From an uncultured virus (IMG/VR IMGVR_UViG_3300036835_000208) (taxonomy: Duplodnaviria; Heunggongvirae; Uroviricota; Caudoviricetes), in the IMG/VR virus record IMGVR_UViG_3300036835_000208: a stretch of 64,000 nucleotides of DNA. One strand, given 5' to 3'. The translations under genes were made by a program, and so were the position numbers. The notes beneath the pieces were generated by a model, which saw only the letters and a program-made list of their open reading frames with translations, had not been told where the DNA came from and did no database searches. Positions within the stretch are counted from its first letter, which is position 1; each line of letters opens with the position of its first letter. Positions 55,616 through 64,000 of this stretch are shown here, in pieces.

Positions 55616-55633
55616 TGCTATCCCCTTTTGAAA

Positions 55634-55816
55634 TTAAGCCCTGCGGAAGAAAATCTTAGCCAGCTCATCGGCCTGTGCCTTGGCGATGTTGAGCCCGAAG
55701 GTCAGCCGACGTAGATGGGCCATCGCCGGATCATCCAGCTTGGGGTCGTGCGGTACGGTTCGGTCGTACCACTCCTGCATGGACTCTTGCTCCGTGGCCC
55801 ATTCGTAATCGCTCAC
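55634..55816 (-). CDS. hypothetical protein
   Basis: Coupled small ORF. Confidence 0.5.
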   Translation of the reverse strand: MSDYEWATEQESMQEWYDRTVPHDPKLDDPAMAHLRRLTFGLNIAKAQADELAKIFFRRA

Positions 55817-56103
55817 GTTCGTGTCACCTGCTTAATCGGTACCGTGCGCTCGTCAACTGGTTCCACCACAATTACACTCAGTTTCGTCTCCTTTGTATTT
55901 GTCGGCTCGAACAGCAGAGTTAGATTCGCACCCTCCAGGGCATGATCGTCACATAGGTATGCGTTGCTTTCCGGTGCAAACATGGCAGCAGTCTTGCTCT
56001 TGTCCGGGTGCCCGTTATGCCAGACCCGACAGCGAACACCGATCCGGTTTTTCCCTTCTCGGGCACAGTTGTGGACAATACAGAACGGATAACTGTCACT
56101 CAT
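55813..56103 (-). CDS. putative Zn-binding protein
   Basis: CIVHNC...LCDDH. Confidence 0.55.
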   Translation of the reverse strand: MSDSYPFCIVHNCAREGKNRIGVRCRVWHNGHPDKSKTAAMFAPESNAYLCDDHALEGANLTLLFEPTNTKETKLSVIVVEPVDERTVPIKQVTRT

Positions 56104-56386
56104 ACTCCCTCATCTTTCTCCGTTGCGCTAGCTCGTCTGGCATCGGATCAGGAATGGTCGGGTCAGGATGATTGAACTCCCAATCCCGCATCCATATTTC
56201 CATTATCTCGTTTATTTCCTCTTGCCGTCTACCCTCACGGAGCGGAGCCAAGCACCAATTATTTACAGCTACCCCGATTCCGACGATGACTGGTAGCACG
56301 AGCCAACAGAGCGCAGCATCCCATGCGCTGTAGGCCAGCATCGTGATTAGACCGGCGATCCAGAACATCCACAGAAGTATTTTCAT
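56096..56386 (-). CDS. membrane protein (two TM segments)
   Basis: Two hydrophobic segments. Confidence 0.55.
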   Translation of the reverse strand: MKILLWMFWIAGLITMLAYSAWDAALCWLVLPVIVGIGVAVNNWCLAPLREGRRQEEINEIMEIWMRDWEFNHPDPTIPDPMPDELAQRRKMREYE

Positions 56387-56452
56387 TTTTGTAAATATGC
56401 TATCACTAGGATAGTTGGAGGGGGCGGAAAAAGATGCTATCCGCCCCACTCC

Positions 56453-57268
56453 CTACTTCTTCGCTGTCCGCTTCGGCGGTCTCGTCGCCTTGGCAGGCTT
56501 GCGACCCACAGGCTTGCGGGCCGGTGCGCGTGACTCAGGCTTGGCTGCTGCTGCCACTCGCTGAGCCCTGGCCTTGCCACCGAAATTCGGATTCTTCTTG
56601 TGCTGCCCGGTCTTGAGAGCGAAATCCCAGGCCGTGCGAGCGATGCGATAGCGGAGATAATTCTCCTTCTCCTCCTTCGAGCGCAGCTCGCCATTCGCCT
56701 TCCGTGGCCCGACAAACCCGAACTCGATCAGCTCCCGGCCGGGATATTCCTCCATGATGTACTGGAGCGTCTTTTCCCGATCGCCCTTGTAGAACTTGAG
56801 GGCGTCGAACATGATCTCGACTGCCGAACCCTGCCTCGGCTTCCAGCCACCGCCCGGGCCAGTCGTGCGCTCCCAGTCGATATCCGTGAGCATGTTGCGG
56901 TAGGTAATGCCGTTGTCGCTAGCCGTAGCCATGCTCCTCGATTGACGCTTGGCCGGAGACGGCGCAGACTTCGGCTTGGCCTTGGCCGCAACCGGAGCCT
57001 GCCGCTTCTTCGGCTTCCTCGTCGCCGGGGCTGTACGGGCCGCAGGACTCGCCACAGGGGCCTCCTGCTTCGTGCGCTTGGCCGGTGCAGTCTGCTTCTT
57101 CTTGACAGGCACTCTCGATGTCACCTCCTCCACGTGTCGTTGTCCATTTTGAAACTGCGAGATCAGCTCTCGCAGCTCCTCCTCCGTGCTGGCAACCCGC
57201 AGGGCTCCGACAGGAATCCCCATCATCCTCGCCCGCAGTCTCAGTGTTGCCGTGTCCTCGTTCTTCAT
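56453..57268 (-). CDS. protein with Lys/Ala/Pro-rich H1-like tails around a globular core
   Basis: KKKQTAPAKRTK...AAKAKPK and PARKPVGRKPAKA tracts. Confidence 0.7.
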   Translation of the reverse strand: MKNEDTATLRLRARMMGIPVGALRVASTEEELRELISQFQNGQRHVEEVTSRVPVKKKQTAPAKRTKQEAPVASPAARTAPATRKPKKRQAPVAAKAKPKSAPSPAKRQSRSMATASDNGITYRNMLTDIDWERTTGPGGGWKPRQGSAVEIMFDALKFYKGDREKTLQYIMEEYPGRELIEFGFVGPRKANGELRSKEEKENYLRYRIARTAWDFALKTGQHKKNPNFGGKARAQRVAAAAKPESRAPARKPVGRKPAKATRPPKRTAKK

Positions 57269-57299
57269 TTTCTCAGGCTAGCAGCCAGGGTGATAATTG

Positions 57300-57629
57300 T
57301 CAAACCCTCTGAGCCTTTTTCAGAACGACGAATATTTCCCCCATGCCACGCTCGGGATCGAGCTTCTCCAGCCGGGCCTGCTGTACCTTTCTGGTACCAT
57401 TATCTAGCCCCCCGGCGAGCACAGCAGCCACCTGCCTGCGCAGGTAGCCGACGAAATACCTCTGACGCAAGCGGTCATCAACGACCATCACCTTGATCGC
57501 ATTCTCGTCATGCGGATTCTCAGGTTGCCGCTCCAGGACGGCATGAAGTGGCACGAGCTGAGCCAGCTTCTCCTGATCCTCTTTTTTCAAGTGGTGATTG
57601 ACGCCGACAACATCGAAGCTAACGCCCAT
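57300..57629 (-). CDS. HIRAN domain protein
   Basis: VVGVNH, LERQPENPHDENAIKV, VGYL. Confidence 0.88.
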   Translation of the reverse strand: MGVSFDVVGVNHHLKKEDQEKLAQLVPLHAVLERQPENPHDENAIKVMVVDDRLRQRYFVGYLRRQVAAVLAGGLDNGTRKVQQARLEKLDPERGMGEIFVVLKKAQRV

Positions 57630-58041
57630 AACGCCTTCCTATTTTCATAGTCGCGAATATCTCCTCGATCTCCTCAACCTGCTCCGGGCTCCAGAGCCGT
57701 ACCTGTAGCTCGCCGCACTGCACCCGGGAAGCGTGCGGGAGTCTGCCCTGCCTGTCCAGCTTGCGAATCCAGGTAATGTCCTTGCCGACGATCTTGGACA
57801 GCTCAGCCACAGTTACATAGTCCTGGAACTTGGCCGGTTTGAAGTAGGACATATCGCGGACGCCATTGAAGGTCTCACTGTTCCGTTGCCACTCCCGCCT
57901 GCGACAGCGTTCGTGATTATTACACATATATTCCCAGGTACCATTCTCCAGCTTGACCGAATGGAATGCACGGACACCGACACGCCCGCAGCGAATACAC
58001 TCCTTCTCTACGTACTCAATGTATCGACGGTTGTTCCGCAT
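57619..58041 (-). CDS. MerR-like HTH protein with N-terminal Zn-binding segment (possible internal start at 57852)
   Basis: CIRC...C..H..C; TVAELSKIVGKDITWIRKLDRQGRLP..RLWS.EQVE. Confidence 0.7.
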   Translation of the reverse strand: MRNNRRYIEYVEKECIRCGRVGVRAFHSVKLENGTWEYMCNNHERCRRREWQRNSETFNGVRDMSYFKPAKFQDYVTVAELSKIVGKDITWIRKLDRQGRLPHASRVQCGELQVRLWSPEQVEEIEEIFATMKIGRRYGR

Positions 58042-58498
58042 TGAACACTCGAATGTACGGGGCCTTCATTCGCTCGTAGTAGGCCGGAGCCAGATCCTCC
58101 GTCGCTACCAATCCCTCCTCAACTGCCTCCAGGATTTTCTCCGGGTCAGCCACTCGCTTGGTCAGCATCAAGAAGGTCGCCTTGTCAAAGATCGACTTCA
58201 GCGACCTCTTACCGGGAGGATCTACCGGCACGTCATCATCCTCGGCAATCCACACGCGCTCCGCTGTAGCCTCGATCAACCGTGCGTGCTTGCCCGGGCC
58301 TGCCTCGATGCGGGACGTGTCCGTCTCCACCATGTAGGCGGTCAGAGAGCTACGCATGACCTTGACTTGCTCACGCTTGTCGAGCAGCCCGGACTGTCTT
58401 TCGATCTCAGCAATTTCATCTTGTAGAATACCTAACTTCACGGCCAGGGCCTCAGCTTGACGCTTGCTGAGACCCTTCTTCTTTGCTCGTACAGCCAT
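58016..58498 (-). CDS. hypothetical protein (coiled-coil N-terminus)
   Basis: RBS GAGGAGG. Confidence 0.6.
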   Translation of the reverse strand: MAVRAKKKGLSKRQAEALAVKLGILQDEIAEIERQSGLLDKREQVKVMRSSLTAYMVETDTSRIEAGPGKHARLIEATAERVWIAEDDDVPVDPPGKRSLKSIFDKATFLMLTKRVADPEKILEAVEEGLVATEDLAPAYYERMKAPYIRVFNAEQPSIH

Positions 58499-58518
58499 CT
58501 TACCCTCCTCGGACTTGA

Positions 58519-58821
58519 CTACCATTCTCCCTCCTCCGCGATCGGTGCTTCCTTGAGCATCCGGCGCAGGGCACGGAAGCGCTCATGCATCCGGCGCAGG
58601 TCATAAGCGAGACGACTGGCCTCGATGCCCTCCGGCTGCTCGCGTAGCTCCAGCCAGTCAGCCAACTCGTCGGCAAGGCGGATCGTTACCTCCAGCCGGT
58701 CGAGCACCTGACTGGTGCAGTTGTAGGCGACAACGGTTGCGTAACGGTTCATCTCCAGACCAACTTTCGCTTGATAATCGGAATCCGCAATTTGTGGTAA
58801 GTCTGCTTGCGCTGTTTCCAT
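58519..58821 (-). CDS. hypothetical protein
   Basis: ORF within the operon. Confidence 0.5.
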   Translation of the reverse strand: METAQADLPQIADSDYQAKVGLEMNRYATVVAYNCTSQVLDRLEVTIRLADELADWLELREQPEGIEASRLAYDLRRMHERFRALRRMLKEAPIAEEGEW

Positions 58822-60068
58822 TGGAAATTGAGGACACCGATCCGTCTGTCTACGATGTCGAAGATCCTCGCGTTTTCTTTACCTGGGTGTTGGCGAAGCG
58901 TTCGTCCGATTTGCTGGACGATTCTTCCCTCATGCTTTCCAGGATATGTGAGCATGACTCTATTGCATCTTGGCACATCGAGAGCTTCGTCTGCAAGCTG
59001 AGTAGCAAGGAGACATTTAATCCTGCCTTCTTTGAAATCTCGAAGGACTCGCCTTCGATCAGCCACTGAATGCTCTCCTGTAAGAACCTCAGCCGGGTAT
59101 TGTAAATGATCAGCGATTCGTCTAAGGTGCTCAATTCTGCGGCTAAGAACGAGGATACTATTTCCCCCAGCAGTCTCTCTGTCGATGATATCTGCAATTA
59201 ACCCATTCCTCCTCTCATCGGTAACCAGCGCGTTAAGCAGGTCGTGCCAATCCCAGCGACCACGATACGGGTAACGAAAATCGGTATAGACCGGCTTTAC
59301 CTTCAGCTCAATCGGGCTGGTAAATTTCTGTTTGTGAATGACCGGGCCAATCAGGATCGGCAGGTAGGGGTGCAAACCATCGGCCCGCTTGTCCGTGGCC
59401 GTGAATCCGAAGCGATAGTGAGCGGGCAGGTTATTGAGCACCTTCTCATACGTATCCGCAGCGGAGTGATGGCCTTCATCGACCACAACGGCTCCCCACT
59501 GAGCCCACCATTCGTCCGGCCTATTACCGAGCTGTCGGTGCAAGGTCTGAATCGTCCCGATCGTGATATGCCCGACCGTCTTGCTCCCGGAAGCAATCAC
59601 TCCAGGCTCAACCTCGGGCATCGAGTCACGGATGTAATCAAGCCACTGATTGAGAATATCCTTGGTGTGAACAATTACCAAGGTGCGCGTGCGGGCTCTG
59701 GCAGCAAAGGCCAGGGCGATGTTAGACTTTCCGGTACCAGGGGGGCGCAGGATGATGCCCTGCTCGTAGCGGAGCATGGCGTCAACCGCATCTTTCTGGC
59801 CCGCAAACCTCTGATCCTTGGCCGTGTTGTCGAGCTGCACGTTGAAGCTCAGCGCGGGCAGGTTTGGCTTGCTGCGCTTGTCTATGTAATTAAGATCATC
59901 GACAAACTGCCAGGCTCCGCGTGGCATCTCAATCGCCGCACCGTAGTGCAAGCGGTAACAGGTACAGGTCTGATCCCCCACGGGGAACGTGAGCTGTCGA
60001 AGCAGTTTTTTCCTTCGAGCCTCAGGCAACTCATTCCAGCCGAGGGTGATAATGCTATCTACTCGCAT
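58749..60068 (-). CDS. SF2 DNA helicase (UvsW/ResIII-like)
   Basis: PPGTGKS, DEGHH, GFTAT..RADG, EALDVP, QQIGRTLR. Confidence 0.92.
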   Translation of the reverse strand: MRVDSIITLGWNELPEARRKKLLRQLTFPVGDQTCTCYRLHYGAAIEMPRGAWQFVDDLNYIDKRSKPNLPALSFNVQLDNTAKDQRFAGQKDAVDAMLRYEQGIILRPPGTGKSNIALAFAARARTRTLVIVHTKDILNQWLDYIRDSMPEVEPGVIASGSKTVGHITIGTIQTLHRQLGNRPDEWWAQWGAVVVDEGHHSAADTYEKVLNNLPAHYRFGFTATDKRADGLHPYLPILIGPVIHKQKFTSPIELKVKPVYTDFRYPYRGRWDWHDLLNALVTDERRNGLIADIIDRETAGGNSILVLSRRIEHLRRIADHLQYPAEVLTGEHSVADRRRVLRDFKEGRIKCLLATQLADEALDVPRCNRVMLTYPGKHEGRIVQQIGRTLRQHPGKENARIFDIVDRRIGVLNFQWKQRKQTYHKLRIPIIKRKLVWR

Positions 60069-60120
60069 GGGCCAAAAGTAGCAGTCTTAGAGATAGGTGT
60101 CAAGACTGCCCCGGGAAATT

Positions 60121-60843
60121 TTATTGCAGATAGTTTTCCTTCAGCCAGACTGCCATAGCGAGCGCGTCGTACCTGTCGTCAGGCTGTACCGGATTGGCAT
60201 GACTTTCATCTGGCCGAGGAATCTTACCACGGGAAGTCAGGATCAGATCGGGGAAGTCAGGTACCTCCCGATCAAAGACATGCATGAAGGCGTAGCCAGG
60301 GTTGAGCAGAGCCCACTCCTTAGCCCGCCACTTACCCCGGCCATCGTGATTCCACTGCCTGTGACCGATGGTAATTCCTAGCCCCTCAGCGACCAGCTTT
60401 CTCCACCACGTATTGTGAATCTGGTAGATGTTGCGGAAGCCGTATCGAATCAGCCCTGCCATCACTGCCCCACTGATCTCGGCCTGCTGCTTGAGCGCGC
60501 TGGACTGAAACTTCCCTCGACCAGCCATCCCCAACGGCCAGGGCTCCTCGATGGCGATGTAAATATCGCTAGCTTCAATCGTCGTGCGCAGATCGCCTTG
60601 CACGTCCAGGATCAGCTCGTGACTTCTTGCGCAGTCCAGCAGCCGGTCGAAGTAGTGATCCTCCTTCACCCACCTGCGGATCGCGAATGCCGGGCCGAGA
60701 GACTTCTGCAAAGTGGAATCGTAAGCCACAGCGGCTACAGCGAGGGAGGACATGCTTGTGTCGATTCCTACCCACAATCCCTCTCTTTGCTTTGGCTTTT
60801 TCTTAACCGGCCTCGTTACATTTTGTGCAGAGTGGCGGGTCAT
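60121..60843 (-). CDS. RuvC-like Holliday junction resolvase
   Basis: VGIDTS, IAIEEP, E..G, W+K, DDRYDALAMA. Confidence 0.75.
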   Translation of the reverse strand: MTRHSAQNVTRPVKKKPKQREGLWVGIDTSMSSLAVAAVAYDSTLQKSLGPAFAIRRWVKEDHYFDRLLDCARSHELILDVQGDLRTTIEASDIYIAIEEPWPLGMAGRGKFQSSALKQQAEISGAVMAGLIRYGFRNIYQIHNTWWRKLVAEGLGITIGHRQWNHDGRGKWRAKEWALLNPGYAFMHVFDREVPDFPDLILTSRGKIPRPDESHANPVQPDDRYDALAMAVWLKENYLQ

Positions 60844-61033
60844 ATTTTCCCTCGACTACTCGGGTACCGGATTCTGCCCCATCCCCATACTTGATCGTGG
60901 TAGCGACAAAGCGAGCCCTGTCCACCGCATTCAGCCGGTCTAGCTCCATGCCGTACTCGTCACGGTAGAGACGCTGCAGGGTGTCGGCAATGATATTGAT
61001 TACCTCGGCTGTCGCTACCTCAGTCGCCGCCAC
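60803..61033 (-). CDS. small hypothetical protein
   Basis: GGGGATAG upstream of the GTG, C-terminal CTKC. Confidence 0.5.
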   Translation of the reverse strand: MAATEVATAEVINIIADTLQRLYRDEYGMELDRLNAVDRARFVATTIKYGDGAESGTRVVEGKYDPPLCTKCNEAG

Positions 61034-61433
61034 GGAGCCTATCCCCACAGTTAACGCAATAGACCTTCGGGAACTTGTAATTAGCAACCTTGACATCGAA
61101 CAGGGCCAGGTCTTTGAGAATTTCAGTTGCGATAAAGAGAATGTTCTTGTCCTGAAACTCCAGATTGATGGGGATGGCGACGGAAGGATTCCGTTTACCA
61201 TTCGGAAAGATTCGGATGTAGCCAGAGCCCGCCGTCTTGAGACGATCACAGACCATATCCAAAATCCTGCGAGTCTCGCTGTCCTGAGCTTCGTAGGCCA
61301 GACGGGCTATCCGGTACCTGGCATTGGTGGCTTGCTCAAAAATTTCGAGCTGCTGCTTGATCACATCCTCGGGGATGCGCTGCTTCTTCTTGACGATTTT
61401 GGTTTGCTTGGGCTTTTTCTTGACGGGCCTCAT
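61020..61433 (-). CDS. hypothetical protein
   Basis: Basic N-terminus, C-terminal CVNC. Confidence 0.55.
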   Translation of the reverse strand: MRPVKKKPKQTKIVKKKQRIPEDVIKQQLEIFEQATNARYRIARLAYEAQDSETRRILDMVCDRLKTAGSGYIRIFPNGKRNPSVAIPINLEFQDKNILFIATEILKDLALFDVKVANYKFPKVYCVNCGDRLRGGD

Positions 61434-61444
61434 GGTCAGAGATT

Positions 61445-61900
61445 CTAGTCCTTGGGGGCCACTTCCGCAAATCGGCGCGTCATCTCCCGGGAGGCAGCAC
61501 GGAACAAATCTTCATAGCCCTTGAGCAGAGCGTCGAGCATCTCCGTTCGGGCCGAGGCTTCAAGGATCTGCTCCTCCAGCTTGGCGATGTTGGTATCGAG
61601 AGCCATCGCATCGTCCAGCTCATATTTTGTTTTGTAATCACCCTTGTGCAGATGTCGGTACTGAGCCTGCTCGAAACGGAGATCCCTTTGCAGAGCCGCC
61701 AGCTCCGTGGCGTAGCGAGCAGTGACAAACAGGGCGTGGGCGTGGCGAACGGCGTAGCGTGAGTGTACCGACCCGATTTCCCTGTTGTTCAAGCGCGTGA
61801 AGTCAAGAGGCACCGCATCATCCGTGGTGGCGATCTCATCGGGCGCGATTAACCCTTCGCTTTTTAGGAACAGCAATGCGGAATTTTTTGGGGTAGCCAC
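61445..61900 (-). CDS. coiled-coil protein, possibly UvsY-like recombination mediator
   Basis: Helical, ASREMTRR C-terminal motif, near RecA; start uncertain. Confidence 0.45.
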   Translation of the reverse strand: MATPKNSALLFLKSEGLIAPDEIATTDDAVPLDFTRLNNREIGSVHSRYAVRHAHALFVTARYATELAALQRDLRFEQAQYRHLHKGDYKTKYELDDAMALDTNIAKLEEQILEASARTEMLDALLKGYEDLFRAASREMTRRFAEVAPKD

Positions 61901-62729
61901 TGTCAGCAGGGGCTTCTTCAATGGCGCGGACTTCCCCCCGACAGTAGGTGCGGAAGGGACATGAGACAAATTGGGCTTGCGTGATCGACGTGCATTCCGG
62001 GTGAGGGATGGTATGGGCTTTGGCATGTTGCTCTAGCTCCTCGATTCGTTGGCGTACCTTCTTGCCGTTGACTCTCAGGCTCACCCTGTATTCGCACAGG
62101 GCCGCTGGGAAATCCGGTGTTGGGCCTGACTTGCGCTCGGCAATCAAGAAGGCCCCATCGACCTCACCGTGCAGGAGCGCGTAATCGGCAACCTGAATCT
62201 TGTACTGCTCCGACACGTCCTTGTCAGCGACCATTTGGAAATAGCGATCGTTGAGGTATTTGAAGTCAATGATGTAGCGACTGCCCTTGATGTCCACGAC
62301 GGCATCAAGCGTACCGCTGTGTCCATCACCGCCTACCGGAAGCTCCGCACCGACCAGGCTCAGGTAACCCCGCTTGCTCAGTTGGTGCAGCCTGAGCTGG
62401 AGGCGCAGATGAGCCCAGGTGCCCGTCCAGAATAGATGCTTGGTCTCCGGGCGCACGACCTTGCTGACACCGACGTTGTACTCCGCGTGATAGCGGCTAA
62501 GGAAGGTGCGCCTGCGGCATCCACCCAGGAGCGAGGGACTGTAGACGCGCGCCCGTTTCCTTTCCTTCTCCCGACGTTTGTCCGCGCGCATCAGCTCGAC
62601 CAGGAATTCCTGATCATCCTCATCCCAGTAGTCATAGTTGTAATTGGACAGATAGTCCTCGAACAGAGGGACGATCACGCCCTTACGTTTTTGCTTCTGA
62701 GCCAACTGCTTCTCAACTTGGTTTCTCAT
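61836..62729 (-). CDS. Cas4-like PD-(D/E)XK exonuclease
   Basis: SPS..GGC.R, GT..H, E, GTLD, IIDFK, Q...Y, C...CPFR.YC. Confidence 0.85.
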   Translation of the reverse strand: MRNQVEKQLAQKQKRKGVIVPLFEDYLSNYNYDYWDEDDQEFLVELMRADKRREKERKRARVYSPSLLGGCRRRTFLSRYHAEYNVGVSKVVRPETKHLFWTGTWAHLRLQLRLHQLSKRGYLSLVGAELPVGGDGHSGTLDAVVDIKGSRYIIDFKYLNDRYFQMVADKDVSEQYKIQVADYALLHGEVDGAFLIAERKSGPTPDFPAALCEYRVSLRVNGKKVRQRIEELEQHAKAHTIPHPECTSITQAQFVSCPFRTYCRGEVRAIEEAPADSGYPKKFRIAVPKKRRVNRAR

Positions 62730-63114
62730 ACTCTCCCGGTTCGATCGGAGCGTCGATGCCTAGCCGTGCCTCTGCGTTGCGCAGCCGTGTCATCAGACTT
62801 TGAAAATCTGTCAGTCGAATGGTCATCAACTGAAGATCCTTGATGTCAATTTGCATGGCCGGTAGCAGTCCAGGAGGTGTGCGGTAGGCATCCGTGGTAA
62901 TCCGCTTGAATTCATCATACTCGATCCGGTAGCCGGATGTCTGCGTATCCCTGGCCTCGATCAGGAAGCCGTACAGCTTGCCGTCGCGCTTGAAGCGCCA
63001 GAGACGGCCACTAGCTATGCCCTGCTGTCCTCCCGTGGTGCGAGCCAGGCGTTCTTCCTGCCTGCGATGCCGCTGCTTGCGAGCACGCCGCCAGGGAGGC
63101 TCTACATCCGTCAC
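62713..63114 (-). CDS. PD-(D/E)XK nuclease / Hjc-like resolvase
   Basis: QEERLA..GG...ASG..KRD..LIEAR..T...Y.I. Confidence 0.65.
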   Translation of the reverse strand: MTDVEPPWRRARKQRHRRQEERLARTTGGQQGIASGRLWRFKRDGKLYGFLIEARDTQTSGYRIEYDEFKRITTDAYRTPPGLLPAMQIDIKDLQLMTIRLTDFQSLMTRLRNAEARLGIDAPIEPGEYEKPS

Positions 63115-63365
63115 GGTTTACCAGCCGGGTAGACCTGATTGCGCTTGCGCGAATCCTGATACTCGCTGAAGGTCTGCCGCTTCTGAAAGGAGAACACCTT
63201 GAAAATCTTGTCCTTGCAGCAAGCACCGACATCAGCATGGTGAGTGTAATTAGAATGGACGAGCTTGGTCACGCCGGGGATGGACGGGATCCAGTGCAGC
63301 TTGCCCACGATCGTGTCGGTCTCTCGCTTGCAGATGTCACAGCGCTTCACTATTTTCCTACTCAT
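63111..63365 (-). CDS. small Zn-binding protein
   Basis: CDIC...GACC. Confidence 0.5.
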   Translation of the reverse strand: MSRKIVKRCDICKRETDTIVGKLHWIPSIPGVTKLVHSNYTHHADVGACCKDKIFKVFSFQKRQTFSEYQDSRKRNQVYPAGKP

Positions 63366-64000
63366 AGTCTCCCGCCCTCTCGGTGTTGGCCACAATCCCC
63401 GCAATCAACTCCTCCCCTAGGTGCGTCTGGCTCAGCCACATCTGGAATTTGCTTCTTGTCCCCTTCCACTGCTTTCCTGCGTCGTCGTCGTAGATATAGG
63501 TATTTCCTGAGAGGGTGATTAGCCCATCTTCCAGTCCAAGGTGAAGGATCTCGCTTGATTGGTCTATTCCTCCCACATCCGAATCGAAGAGAAAACTACC
63601 TTCACGGTATGGTCGGGTTGACTTATCTTTTTCCACTCGACATTGAATCCAACGTGCAGTTGCCATGTCCCTTTGTACGAGCCGTCCATCTTTTGCAACG
63701 GGACGCTTAGCCTTAACGACCCCTCCCCGTCTGACCTCCACCCGGGTTGTAGCGTAAAATCGAAGGGCGCGGCCTCCAGATGTTGTTTTAGGGTTTCCAA
63801 AACGGACGCCAATGTTAGTACGTTCTTGGTTCGTCCAGAGGAAGAGAGTACGGCGGTTGACTGCTGTGATTCTTCTGAGGGCACGAGACATCATCCTCGC
63901 TTGTCCGGCGATCCTGTCCTCATCCCGTGGGTCGCGCTCCAATTCCTCCGCAGGGATGAGGGAGGCCACCGAGTCGATTGTAATAACCTCCAGGGATCTG
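63358..64000 (-). CDS. recA: RecA/UvsX recombinase (C-terminal part; starts beyond the window)
   Basis: IDSVASL, QARMMSRALR, NQ.R..IGV.FGNP.TT.GGRALRFYA..R.EVRR. Confidence 0.95.
   Translation of the reverse strand, partial: RSLEVITIDSVASLIPAEELERDPRDEDRIAGQARMMSRALRRITAVNRRTLFLWTNQERTNIGVRFGNPKTTSGGRALRFYATTRVEVRRGGVVKAKRPVAKDGRLVQRDMATARWIQCRVEKDKSTRPYREGSFLFDSDVGGIDQSSEILHLGLEDGLITLSGNTYIYDDDAGKQWKGTRSKFQMWLSQTHLGEELIAGIVANTERAGDYE

Noticed and set aside
61836..62729. Cas4 as part of a CRISPR system
   Set aside because: No repeat-spacer array or other cas genes were seen, and stand-alone Cas4-like nucleases are common in phages.
1..64000. tRNA, integrase, reverse transcriptase/DGR or recoded genetic code
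   Set aside because: None was recognised by eye, and genes read through normally in the standard code. A tRNAscan/HMM run is needed to exclude them formally.

Overview
This window is most of a dsDNA tailed-phage genome with a contractile tail (myovirus). The host is probably a high-GC Gram-positive/actinobacterial lineage, inferred from an Rpf-type transglycosylase and the lysin types. Nearly all genes are on the minus strand. Read from the right end leftwards: a recombination/repair block (RecA, PD-(D/E)XK nucleases, RuvC-like, SF2 helicase, HIRAN); small early genes with sigma70-type promoters and a shared start-associated motif (ArdA-like, 2OG-Fe(II) oxygenase, DUF932); a largely non-coding 47.9-52 kb region; packaging, head, neck, tail and baseplate genes; four cell-wall enzymes; a plus-strand accessory island; and DnaB, primase, HNH and SSB. 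The most notable unexplained signals are: (i) a structured ~150-nt element at 51.9-52.05 kb that carries antisense copies of both ribosome-binding-site motifs used by early genes (candidate multi-target sRNA); (ii) nested long-range inverted repeats that loop out the genes of the 48.8-51 kb operon; (iii) a set of tiny Arg/Lys-rich proteins and LEM/SAP-like proteins around the packaging genes; (iv) an HNH ORF running in frame into SSB. All product calls come from motif recognition by eye. No database searches were run.
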